Shown here: one piece after another, positions 1 through 8,817 of the stretch
How the letters are laid out: the number at the start of each line of letters is the position of its first letter
Numbering within the stretch: position 1 is the stretch's first letter
NCBI GenBank assembly: GCA_043741015.1
Contig: JAYUBB010000138.1
Span: 1-43,856 of the forward strand
DNA length: 43,856 bases
Direction: 5' to 3'
From: Opitutaceae bacterium
GTDB lineage: Bacteria; Verrucomicrobiota; Verrucomicrobiia; Opitutales; Opitutaceae
Translations under genes and position numbers: made by a program
Notes under the pieces: model-generated
What the model saw: the letters and a program-made list of their open reading frames with translations, nothing else
Told to the model about the DNA's origin: nothing
The model's database searches: none

Positions 1-136
1 TCACGCGCCGCGCCCGGCCCAATCCGGCCAGCCCTCGCCGCAAGGCCAGGGTCACGGTGGTGGCGGTCATGGTCAGCAGCAAGAGCCGCGCAAGTTCGGT
101 GGCCTGTCCCGCGGACGCTGGAACCGGCGCTGAAAA

Positions 137-1243
137 TCACCGTACCTGCAATGTGTCGGCCTCGTAAGCGAGGCCGAGGGACGGGATCGTGACGGCCTTG
201 CGGCCGCCGTCTTTCTTCACCGTGCCCGCCACCCAGGCGGCGTGTCCGGCCGCTTTCGCGGCAGCGAGCGTCGCCTCGACGGCCGACGGCGCCACGTAGG
301 CTGCGAAGCCGACGCCCATGTTGAACGTCGCATAGGCTTCGCGCAGGTCGATCGGGCCCGCCTCCATCAGAAACTTGAAAAGCGCCGGCGCCTCACGCGG
401 CGTGGTGATCTCGTAGACGAATGGCTCCTCCAGCCGCATCAACTTCCGCCAGCCATGCCCCGTGACGTGTGCCACGTAATTGAGCTTCACTCCCGCCTGC
501 TGGCACTTCACCACGAAATCCACGTAGATGGCCGAGGCGGCGAGCAGCGCCTCGCCGTAGGTGCGACCGTCGCCGTGGCCGATGGGCGTCTGGTAGCCCT
601 GCGGCAATTTATCCGCAATCAAGCGGCACAGGCTCAGGCCGTTGGTCTGCACGCCCGTCGAGGCAAGGAAGATGATGGCGTCCTCGTCGCACACGTCACC
701 CGTGATGCGCTGCGCCTTGGGCGAGATTTTTCCGATGGCCGATCCCGCGAGCACGATGGTGGCGGGGTTGACGATGCCTTTGAGCGTGGGGGTCTCGCCA
801 CCGCCCCAGACCGCACCGGCCCGGTGACAGCCCTCGGCCCAGCCGTCCACCAGTGCCTGCATGCGCATCGCGTCGGAGAACCAGCCCGAGTCACCCACGG
901 CCGCGTGCATGGCGACGGAGATCGGGCGCGCGCCGCAAGTCACAAGGTCATTGACGATGGTCGCCACCGCATCGATGGCGATCTCGGCATAGAAACATTT
1001 GCCGGTCTGCGCATAGACGGCGTCGGCCACGAGATTCTTGGTGCCAAGGCCCTCCTCGACGTGGGCGAGGAAATGATCCGCCGCCTCGATCAGGTAGGCG
1101 CTCTCGCCGCGAGTGGTCGCGGGCTCGGCATAGCCGTGGGCGGTCAGCTCCCGAGTCGTGATGCGGGCGGCCTGCTGGCAGGCGCGCTTGAACGCATCGA
1201 GCTGGTCGTAGCGGACACCGGAGGATTCGTAGCTTAAAGACAT
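137..1243 (-). CDS. purM: Phosphoribosylformylglycinamidine cyclo-ligase (AIR synthase)
   Basis: 368 aa; PurM motifs EGLGTK, VNDLVTCGARP, GGETP, STGVQTNGLSL, AHVTGHG, TFNMGVG; directly downstream of purF. Confidence 0.9.
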   Translation of the reverse strand: MSLSYESSGVRYDQLDAFKRACQQAARITTRELTAHGYAEPATTRGESAYLIEAADHFLAHVEEGLGTKNLVADAVYAQTGKCFYAEIAIDAVATIVNDLVTCGARPISVAMHAAVGDSGWFSDAMRMQALVDGWAEGCHRAGAVWGGGETPTLKGIVNPATIVLAGSAIGKISPKAQRITGDVCDEDAIIFLASTGVQTNGLSLCRLIADKLPQGYQTPIGHGDGRTYGEALLAASAIYVDFVVKCQQAGVKLNYVAHVTGHGWRKLMRLEEPFVYEITTPREAPALFKFLMEAGPIDLREAYATFNMGVGFAAYVAPSAVEATLAAAKAAGHAAWVAGTVKKDGGRKAVTIPSLGLAYEADTLQVR

Positions 1244-1253
1244 TTAGGAAACG

Positions 1254-1418
1254 GCGGATAACACGGATGGACGCAGATAGACCCCGCCTGTCGTCCTGAA
1301 CGAAGTGAAGGGTCCATGACAATTCACGTGCGCGCACTCCATCCTGGATTCTTCGCTGCGCTCAGAATGACCGTTTTGGTGAATTTGATCCTTATCCGGG
1401 TTCATCAGTGTAATCCGC
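1254..1418. repeat. Nested palindromic element filling the purF-purM spacer
   Basis: Outer arms 1254-1279 and 1393-1418 (21/26 inverted match; CGGAT/CAGAT every 9 nt). Inner arms 1290-1315 (gtcgtcctgaacgaagtgaagggtcc) and 1346-1371 (ggattcttcgctgcgctcagaatgac), 19/26 inverted match. Confidence 0.85.
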
Positions 1419-1422
1419 GGGG

Positions 1423-3336
1423 TCAGTAGCTTCTCCCCTCGTGTTTCTCGAAATAATTCACGAAGGCCTGGTTCACGACCCGGTAACCACCGGGCGTCGG
1501 GTAGTTTCCGGTGAAATACCAATCGCCGCTGTGCTCAGGTAACGCTTGATGCAGGTTCTCGATGGATTGGAAGATGATCTCGATCTCTCCTTTCCAGCCG
1601 TTGGGCTTGGGCGACACCAACTGCGTGATTTTCCTGGAAATCTCCTCGGCCGCAAATGGCTCATAGATCTTGCGCACGTGGTTGACCGGCATCTTGCCGG
1701 GATTCTTCAGTTCCTCGCGGCAGAGGTGGTAGACGTCCTCGATCAGCGCGCCCTGCCCGCGCTCCTTGAGCAGGGTGATGGTGGCCTCGAATGCCACAAA
1801 CTTGCCGATTTCCGACATGTCGATGCCATAACAATCGGGGTAGCGGATCTGCGGCGCAGTGGAAGCGATGATGATTTTCTTCGGGTTAAGTCTTTTCAGG
1901 ATGCGCAGGATCGAACGGCGCAGCGTGGTGCCGCGCACGATCGAGTCGTCGACGCACACGAGGTGGTCCTTCGGCTGCACGACCCCGTAGGTGACGTCGT
2001 AGACCAGCGACGCGAGATTGTTGCGCGACTTCTCCTGGCTGATGAAGGTGCGCATCTTCACGTCCTTCGTCACGAGCTTCTCGCCGCGCGGCCAGTTGTT
2101 GAGGATCAGGTCGTCCACCAGCGCCTCAGTGATTTTCCCCGTCTTGGCGGCGGCGAGGAGCGTCTGCTTCACCTCGGCGCGGCGGCGGAAGCGCAGCTCG
2201 CTCATCAAGCCGAAGTAGGCCACCTCGGCCGTGTTGGGAATGAAGCTGAAGACGGAGTTCTCCAGGTCGCCGCCGATGGAGGACCAGAGCTGGTTGGCGA
2301 GACCGGCGCCGAGGGCTTTGCGCTCGCGGTAGATGTCGGCGTCGTTGCCCCGGGAAAAATAGATGCGCTCAAACGTGCACTGCGTCTTGGGCAGCGCGGG
2401 TGTGATGCGTTCAACGGCGATCGTGCCGGCCTTTTTCATCACCACGGCACAGCCGGGCTCGACCTCATGGACGTCTCCGGCCTCCAGATCGAACACCGTG
2501 CAGAGCGGCGCCCGCTCGGAGGCGAAGGCCGCCACCTCGTCGTTCTCAAACCAGTGGCAGGGGCGGATGCCCGACGGATCGCGCGCGACGAAGGCGTCGC
2601 CATTGCCCAGCACGCCGACGAGGGCGTAGCCACCGTCCCAGTTGGCTGCGGCCGTGCGCAGCACGCGGGCCGGATCAACCTCCTCGTTGATCCGGCGGGA
2701 AATCTCGGTCCCGGGCAGGCCCGCACTGCGCAACTCGCGGTAGATCCGCTCATGCTCCTCGTCGAGGCAGAAGCCGATGCGCTCGAGGATGGCCTGGGTG
2801 TCGGTGGCAAAGATCGGATGCTGGCCGATGGCGATGAGGCTGTCGTTCAACTCCGCCGTGTTGGTCAGGTTGAAATTGCCCGCGAGCATCAGGTTGCGGG
2901 TCGGCCAGGAACTGCGGCGGAAGAAGGGGTGGCAGGCGCTCAGGTTGTAGCCGCCCGAGGTGCCGTAGCGCAGATGCCCAAGGTAGAGTTCGCCGCAGAA
3001 ATCGAAATTCTTTTTGACGGTGTCGGGAAACTCGGGGTGGATCGTGCCTTCGCCCACCAGCGTGGTGTAACGGGCGGTCAGCGCCTGGAAAATCCGGTCG
3101 AGCGGGTTGTTGTCCACATTGCGCTCGCGGAACATGTAAGGCTCGCCGGCCGGCACGTCGAACTTCACGCAGGCCACACCCGCGCCATCCTGCCCGCGGT
3201 TGTGCTGCTTCTCCATCAGGAGGAACAGCTGCTGGAAGCCCCAGAGCGGCGTGCCGTATTTTTCCTGATAGTAAGCCAGCGGCTTCTTCAGCCGCACCAG
3301 GGCGATACCGCATTCGTGGGAAATGAATTCGCTCAT
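1423..3336 (-). CDS. purF: Amidophosphoribosyltransferase (long form)
   Basis: 637 aa; short propeptide then catalytic Cys (HECG), QHNRGQDGAG, GHLRYGTSG, CTFERIYFSR, PRPP loop VDDSIVRGTT, YPDCYGIDM. Confidence 0.95.
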   Translation of the reverse strand: MSEFISHECGIALVRLKKPLAYYQEKYGTPLWGFQQLFLLMEKQHNRGQDGAGVACVKFDVPAGEPYMFRERNVDNNPLDRIFQALTARYTTLVGEGTIHPEFPDTVKKNFDFCGELYLGHLRYGTSGGYNLSACHPFFRRSSWPTRNLMLAGNFNLTNTAELNDSLIAIGQHPIFATDTQAILERIGFCLDEEHERIYRELRSAGLPGTEISRRINEEVDPARVLRTAAANWDGGYALVGVLGNGDAFVARDPSGIRPCHWFENDEVAAFASERAPLCTVFDLEAGDVHEVEPGCAVVMKKAGTIAVERITPALPKTQCTFERIYFSRGNDADIYRERKALGAGLANQLWSSIGGDLENSVFSFIPNTAEVAYFGLMSELRFRRRAEVKQTLLAAAKTGKITEALVDDLILNNWPRGEKLVTKDVKMRTFISQEKSRNNLASLVYDVTYGVVQPKDHLVCVDDSIVRGTTLRRSILRILKRLNPKKIIIASTAPQIRYPDCYGIDMSEIGKFVAFEATITLLKERGQGALIEDVYHLCREELKNPGKMPVNHVRKIYEPFAAEEISRKITQLVSPKPNGWKGEIEIIFQSIENLHQALPEHSGDWYFTGNYPTPGGYRVVNQAFVNYFEKHEGRSY

Positions 3337-3343
3337 GGCTGAA

Positions 3344-3445
3344 GTAGCGGGTGGCGGGTGGTGAGTAGTGAGCAGTGAATCGCGGAAAGACCGCGGGTTT
3401 CGGCTGGATGGCCTTGCTCGCTACTCGCTACTCGATGCTCACTGC
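3344..3445. repeat. Inverted arrays of degenerate heptamers
   Basis: gtagcgg-gtggcgg-gtggtga-gtagtga-gcagtga (3344-3378) faces tcgctac-tcgctac-tcgatgc-tcactgc (3418-3445), whose reverse complement reads gcagtga-gcatcga-gtagcga-gtagcga. Confidence 0.75.
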
Positions 3446-3623
3446 TGGGTTTCGAGGCGGCGCATTCCGCCCGCCGCCCTCTGCCCACACTGCGCCCGTC
3501 CGAGAATTTAGGGGAGGGCGATGGGTGGATTCTGCTCGTCACGGCATTAAAGACGTTCATTCCGCCAAGCGCGGGGGTTTCGTCAACGGCTTTCTCGGGC
3601 ATACCCTGAAGCCAAGGCAGATT

Positions 3624-3769
3624 GGCACAAAAAACGCAAAAATCGACCGTTCGGCACTCCGACCGGGACAATCCTCCATCACCCGTGGTTACCTTCCTGT
3701 TTTTGAGATTCTTGTGCTTTTTGTGGCCATCCTCCGGTTTGGATCGGGTCCAATCCGTGTCATCCGTGG
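3624..3769. repeat. 9-nt-periodic inverted element plus an orphan arm
   Basis: ggcacaaaaaacgcaaaaat (3624-3643) versus gtttttgagattcttgtgctttttgtggc (3699-3727). atccgtgtcatccgtgg (3753-3769) resembles the outer-arm family at 1254-1418. Confidence 0.65.
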
Positions 3770-3840
3770 CCCGCTGTGCGGAATTGCCCTTTCGCCCACT
3801 TGACCGGCCGGGTGATGTTTGAAAGGTTTTCCCGCCTACC

Positions 3841-6800
3841 ATGCTGATCCTCCGGGGCTCACCTGCCCTCTCCCAGTTTCGCCTCGCCAAGCTACTTCAG
3901 GACCTCATCTCCGCCGGCCTGCCCGTCCGCGCGGTCGGCGCCGAGTACGTCCACATCGTGGAGACGGGAGTCGAACTCACCCCGGACCACCGCACCGTCC
4001 TCGACCAACTCCTCACCTACGGTCCCAGTCGCACCGCGAAAGGCGTCAAGGGGCTCGTCCAGATTGTCGCCCCCCGCCCGGGGACCATCTCGCCGTGGTC
4101 CTCCAAAGCCACCGATATCGCCCACACGTGCGGCCTTGACGCCATCAAGCGCATCGAGCGCGTCGTCACCTACACCATTGATGTCGGCGAGCCGGCCACG
4201 GCCTATCCCCTATCGCCCCTCGACGCTGCCCAACTCCAGACCCTGCGGGCCCGGCTCCACGACCGGATGACGCAGACCGTCTTCGGCGACCTCGGCGCCT
4301 GCGAAGCACTCTTCCGTCACGAGCCGCCGCGGTCCTTGGGAACCGTGCCTCTGCTGGCCGCCGGCCGCGCCGCCCTCGTCGCCGCCAATGAGGATCTCGG
4401 CCTCGCCCTTGCCGAGGATGAGATCGACTACCTCCTCCAAGCCTTCACCCGGCTCGGCCGCGACCCGAGCGACGTCGAGCTGATGATGTTCGCGCAGGCC
4501 AACTCCGAGCACTGCCGCCACAAGATCTTCAACGCCACCTGGGAAATCGACGGTTCCGCCAAGGACAAGTCGCTGTTCCAGATGATCAAGAACACCTACG
4601 AGCTGCACCGCGACGGCATCCTCTCCGCCTACAAGGACAACGCCGCCGTCTTCGCCGGCACCCGCGGCGGCCGCTTCTACACCGACCCGCGCACCCACGA
4701 ATACGCCGCGCACGACGAGGACATCCATATCCTCTGCAAGGTCGAGACGCACAACCACCCGACGGCGATCTCGCCCTTCCCCGGCGCCGCCACCGGTTCC
4801 GGCGGCGAGATCCGCGACGAGGGCGCCACCGGCCGCGGCTCGAAGCCGAAGGTCGGCCTCGTCGGCTTCAGCGTCTCCAATCTCCGCCTCCCCGGCGCTC
4901 TCCAGCCTTGGGAAAAGGACAACGGCAAACCCGGCCGCATCGTCTCCGCGCTCGACATCATGATCGAAGGCCCGCTCGGCGGCGCGGCCTTCAACAATGA
5001 GTTCGGTCGTCCCGCCATCAACGGCTACTTCCGTACCTTTGAGCAGGAGGTGCCGGGCGCCAATGGCGCCGAGCTGCGCGGCTACCACAAACCCATCATG
5101 CTCGCCGGCGGCCTCGGCAACATCAAGGCCGAGCATGTCCTGAAGGGTGCGATCAACCCCGGCGACAAACTCGTCGTCCTCGGCGGGCCCGCCATGCTCA
5201 TCGGTCTCGGCGGCGGCGCCGCCAGCTCCATGGCCAGCGGCTCCGGCAGCGAGAACCTCGATTTCGCCAGCGTCCAGCGCGACAACGCCGAGATGGAGCG
5301 CCGGTGCCAGGAAGTCATCGACCGCTGCTGGGCGCTTGGCGCAGACAACCCCATCTCCTTCATCCACGATGTCGGGGCCGGCGGCGTCTCCAATGCCCTG
5401 CCCGAACTCGTCAATGACGGCGGTCGTGGCGGCAAATTCAATCTCCGCCAGCTCCCCAATGACGAGCCGGGCATGTCCCCGCTCGAACTCTGGTGCAATG
5501 AATCGCAGGAACGCTACGTCCTCGCCGTCCCGGCCGACCGCATTGCCACCTTCCAGCAGCTCTGCGAACGCGAGCGCGCCCCCTTCGCCATCGTGGGCGA
5601 GGCCACCGAGGAGAAGAAACTCGTCGTCGAAGATCCGCACTTTAAGAACACGCCCATCGACCTGCCCCTTGAGGTTCTGCTCGGTAAACCGCCGCGCATG
5701 CACCGCCAGGAGACATCGCTCCAGCGCCCGCAGCGACCACTCGACCTGCGCAGCGTCACCATCCTTGAGGCGGCCAAACGCGTCCTCTCGCACCCCACGG
5801 TCGCCGACAAGACCTTCCTCATCTCCATCGGCGACCGCACGCTGGGCGGCCTGATCGCCCGCGATCAGATGGTCGGCCCTTGGCAAGTGCCGGTTGCCGA
5901 CTGCGCCGTCACCGCCGCCACCTTCGATGTCTATACAGGCGAGGCCATGGCCATGGGCGAACGTACCCCGGTCGCCGTCAACAACGCCGCAGCCTCGGCC
6001 CGGCTCGCCGTCGGCGAGGCGCTCACGAATCTCGCCGCCGCCCAGATCGGCGACCTTGGAAAAGTGAATCTCTCGGCCAACTGGATGGCGGCGCCCGGCG
6101 TCCCCGGGGACGCCGCCGATCTCTACGCCGCCGTGCAAGCCGTCGGCATGGAACTCTGCCCCGCCCTCGGAATCACGATCCCCGTCGGCAAGGACTCGAT
6201 GAGCATGAGCACCGCCTGGCAGGATGGTGACAGGCAGAAGCGCATCACCGCCCCCATCTCGCTCATCATCTCCGCCTTCGCCCCCGTTACGGACATAAGG
6301 CTGAGCCTTACTCCGCAGCTTCAATACGGCCGGAATTTAAACGCGGAGCGCGCGAAGGTCGCAGAGAACCCCAATCAATTCATTTCCGAAAACTCCGCGT
6401 CCTCCGCGTTAAAAAATCAGGGCTCTGCCTCGATCGGAGATTCCGTTCTCCTGTTGATCGATCTCGGCCGGGCGAAGAACCGGCTCGGCGGTTCCATCCT
6501 CGCTCAGGTCGTCTCCCAGGTGGGCGAGGCCACGCCCGATGTGGACAGCGCGACCGACCTGAAGAATTTCTGGAACGCCATCCAGCAACTCGGCCGCGAG
6601 AAAAAAATCCTCGCCTACCACGACCGCTCCGACGGCGGCCTGTTCGCCACGGTCGCCGAGATGGCCTTCGCCGGCCACACCGGCGTGGATATTGAGCTGC
6701 CCCACCTGCACGAACCCTTCGCCGCGCTCTTCAACGAGGAACTCGGCGCCGTCATCCAGGTGCGTGAGGACGATTTCGACGACGTCTATCTCACCCTCCG

Positions 6801-7905
6801 CAAACACGGCTTGAAGGCCTGCATCTCGCGCATTGGCACGTTGAACACCCACTACGCCCTGCGGGTGAAGCGGTCGGGCAAGGAGCTCTTCAACGAGAGC
6901 CTCGTCACGCTCCGCAGCTGGTGGTCCGACGTCACCCATCGCATCGCCGTCATGCGCGACAACCCCAAGGCCGCCAGCCAGGAACACGCGCACCGACTGG
7001 ACCGCGATGATCCAGGAATCACGCCTCTGATTACATTCGGCCTGGGAACTTTAAACGCGGAGGGCGCGAAGAGCGCTGAGGTTTCGGATCAATCTACTCC
7101 TCATATCTCCGCGTCCTCCGCGTTAAAAATCCGTCCTTCTGTCGCAATCCTGCGCGAACAAGGCGTCAACGGTCAGCTTGAGATGGCCGCGGCGTTCACC
7201 CGCGCCGGTTTTCGCGCCGTGGACGTCCACATGACCGACATCATCAGCGGCCGCGTGTCATTGAGGGATTTCCGCGGACTCGCCGCCTGCGGCGGGTTCA
7301 GCTACGGCGACGTGCTCGGCGCCGGCGAGGGCTGGGCCAAGAGCGCGCTGTTCAACGAGCGGGCCCGCGCCGAGTTCGCCGCGTTCTTCGCCCGCGAGGA
7401 CGCCTTCGCTCTCGGTGTGTGCAACGGCTGCCAGATGATGAGCAACCTCAAGTCGATGATTCCCGGCGCCGACCACTGGCCCCGCTTCGTGCAAAACCAG
7501 AGCGAACGCTACGAGGGCCGTTTTGTGTCCGTTAAAATTGAGCCGACCCCCAGCATTCTATTCAACGGCATGGAAGGCTCGGTGATTCCCATCTGCACCG
7601 CCCATGGCGAAGGCTATGCGGAATTTGTGAATCCGGAAGCCATGAAGCAATGCAGTGAATCCGGACTGGTCGCTGCGCGCTTCGTGGACAACCAGCACAA
7701 TGTCACGGAGCGCTATCCCCTTAATCCCAACGGCTCCCCGTTGGGCATGACCGCCCTCACCACGACCACGGGCCGTGTGACTATCCTGATGCCACATCCG
7801 GAACGCGTCCACCGCTCGGCCTGCATGAGCTGGGCTCCGAAAGACTGGCCCGAAGACTCACCCTGGATGAAGCTCTTCTACAACGCGCGTGAGTGGGTTG
7901 GCTAA
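3841..7905 (+). CDS. purL: Phosphoribosylformylglycinamidine synthase (large, fused PurL) with two in-frame 26-aa insertions
   Basis: 1354 aa; [58 protein letters not shown], glutaminase GVCNGCQ and MPHPER. Confidence 0.97.
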   Translation: MLILRGSPALSQFRLAKLLQDLISAGLPVRAVGAEYVHIVETGVELTPDHRTVLDQLLTYGPSRTAKGVKGLVQIVAPRPGTISPWSSKATDIAHTCGLDAIKRIERVVTYTIDVGEPATAYPLSPLDAAQLQTLRARLHDRMTQTVFGDLGACEALFRHEPPRSLGTVPLLAAGRAALVAANEDLGLALAEDEIDYLLQAFTRLGRDPSDVELMMFAQANSEHCRHKIFNATWEIDGSAKDKSLFQMIKNTYELHRDGILSAYKDNAAVFAGTRGGRFYTDPRTHEYAAHDEDIHILCKVETHNHPTAISPFPGAATGSGGEIRDEGATGRGSKPKVGLVGFSVSNLRLPGALQPWEKDNGKPGRIVSALDIMIEGPLGGAAFNNEFGRPAINGYFRTFEQEVPGANGAELRGYHKPIMLAGGLGNIKAEHVLKGAINPGDKLVVLGGPAMLIGLGGGAASSMASGSGSENLDFASVQRDNAEMERRCQEVIDRCWALGADNPISFIHDVGAGGVSNALPELVNDGGRGGKFNLRQLPNDEPGMSPLELWCNESQERYVLAVPADRIATFQQLCERERAPFAIVGEATEEKKLVVEDPHFKNTPIDLPLEVLLGKPPRMHRQETSLQRPQRPLDLRSVTILEAAKRVLSHPTVADKTFLISIGDRTLGGLIARDQMVGPWQVPVADCAVTAATFDVYTGEAMAMGERTPVAVNNAAASARLAVGEALTNLAAAQIGDLGKVNLSANWMAAPGVPGDAADLYAAVQAVGMELCPALGITIPVGKDSMSMSTAWQDGDRQKRITAPISLIISAFAPVTDIRLSLTPQLQYGRNLNAERAKVAENPNQFISENSASSALKNQGSASIGDSVLLLIDLGRAKNRLGGSILAQVVSQVGEATPDVDSATDLKNFWNAIQQLGREKKILAYHDRSDGGLFATVAEMAFAGHTGVDIELPHLHEPFAALFNEELGAVIQVREDDFDDVYLTLRKHGLKACISRIGTLNTHYALRVKRSGKELFNESLVTLRSWWSDVTHRIAVMRDNPKAASQEHAHRLDRDDPGITPLITFGLGTLNAEGAKSAEVSDQSTPHISASSALKIRPSVAILREQGVNGQLEMAAAFTRAGFRAVDVHMTDIISGRVSLRDFRGLAACGGFSYGDVLGAGEGWAKSALFNERARAEFAAFFAREDAFALGVCNGCQMMSNLKSMIPGADHWPRFVQNQSERYEGRFVSVKIEPTPSILFNGMEGSVIPICTAHGEGYAEFVNPEAMKQCSESGLVAARFVDNQHNVTERYPLNPNGSPLGMTALTTTTGRVTILMPHPERVHRSACMSWAPKDWPEDSPWMKLFYNAREWVG
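6336..6414. repeat. Coding palindromic element, copy 1, inside purL
   Basis: Left arm tttaaacgcggagcgcgcgaag (6336-6357) and right arm ctccgcgtcctccgcgttaaaa (6393-6414), 18/22 inverted match; translated [26 protein letters not shown]. Confidence 0.9.
7050..7128. repeat. Coding palindromic element, copy 2, inside purL
   Basis: Left arm tttaaacgcggagggcgcgaag (7050-7071); right arm ctccgcgtcctccgcgttaaaa (7107-7128) is identical to copy 1; same length and frame; translated [26 protein letters not shown]. Confidence 0.9.
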
Positions 7906-7952
7906 AAGCCACGCCCATGTGCCCGAAAAGGCCCGGGTCCGCCAATTTCCCC

Positions 7953-8735
7953 ATGAAATGCCCCAACCGACTCCTCCCACTCGTGATGCTGGTCATCACT
8001 GCACTGGTTTCCGCCCGCGCCTCCGAACCGGCTCCGAGTGCGCCCCATTACACCTACGTCATTGTCCACGGGGCCACTGGCGGCGGGTGGGATTGGAAGA
8101 CAGTGGACCGCCTCCTGACCGCTGACGGCCACACGGTTTACCGTCCGACTCTCACCGGCCTCGGCGAAAAAGTCCACTTGGCCAGTCCGGACATCAATCT
8201 CACCACGCACATCAACGACATCGTCAATGTGATCCTTTTTGAAGATCTGCACGACGTGGTCCTGGCGGGGCACAGTTACGGCGGGATGGTCATCACCGGG
8301 GTGATGGATCGTATTCCCGAGCGCATCAGCCATGTCATTTTCCTCGACGCGGCCGTACCGGACGACGGACAGAGCGCCCTCGCCATCTGGGGACCGTTTC
8401 CACCCGAACACAAAGTCGTGGACGGCCTGGTCAACTTTTCATGGCTGGATTCCAGCAAACCCGCCCCGCGCGATGTACCGCAATCGCTCAAGACATTCAC
8501 CGAGCCAGTGTCCTTCAAGAACCCCGCCGCCAAGCTGATTCCCGTGACCTACACGGCTTTTATCCCACCCGGTCAGTCTGTAGAAAAAAAGGCCGGTGAT
8601 CCCTCCTGGCAGCGGGCGAAGGCGCGCCATTGGACCATCCGCACTCTCGCCAGTGATCACGTCGCCGAGCGGACTCATCCCAAGGAACTGGTTGCGTTGC
8701 TGGAAGACGCCCCCAAGGACCGGAACCAGCCTTAG
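7953..8735 (+). CDS. Secreted alpha/beta hydrolase (esterase-like)
   Basis: Signal-like N-terminus from ATG 7953; VHGATGGGWDW and nucleophile elbow GHSYGG. Confidence 0.85.
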   Translation: MKCPNRLLPLVMLVITALVSARASEPAPSAPHYTYVIVHGATGGGWDWKTVDRLLTADGHTVYRPTLTGLGEKVHLASPDINLTTHINDIVNVILFEDLHDVVLAGHSYGGMVITGVMDRIPERISHVIFLDAAVPDDGQSALAIWGPFPPEHKVVDGLVNFSWLDSSKPAPRDVPQSLKTFTEPVSFKNPAAKLIPVTYTAFIPPGQSVEKKAGDPSWQRAKARHWTIRTLASDHVAERTHPKELVALLEDAPKDRNQP

Positions 8736-8817
8736 CCGTGCCGGACGAATTCGCTGATGAATCGTTCTGCCCTCGAATTGAACTCCACAAACCGGCACGG
8801 GCGCGACAACCTGAGCC

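Noticed and set aside
1-136. Possible gene fragment at the window edge
   Set aside because: Too short, with no recognisable motif or confident frame.
1254-3769. Periodic repeats as a CRISPR array
   Set aside because: Units are 7-9 nt, degenerate and inverted, with no constant repeat-spacer pattern and no cas genes.
3337-3840. Purine-related riboswitch (ZTP, PRPP or purine) or the ORFs 3333-3890 and 3375-3803 in the purF/purL spacer
   Set aside because: I could not match riboswitch consensus elements by eye, the structure is explained by periodic palindromes, and the ORFs are translations of those repeats. An Rfam/Infernal scan would be decisive.
4210-6324. 704-aa antisense ORF, and similar long shadow ORFs at 242-1237, 1546-3342, 19654-21381 and 35928-37613
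   Set aside because: They lie opposite well-supported genes and have no motifs; long stop-free antisense frames are expected from strong GC3 bias.
6336-7128. purL inserts as inteins or introns
   Set aside because: Only 26 aa, with no Cys/Ser...His-Asn intein termini and no group I/II intron features; the frame stays open without splicing.
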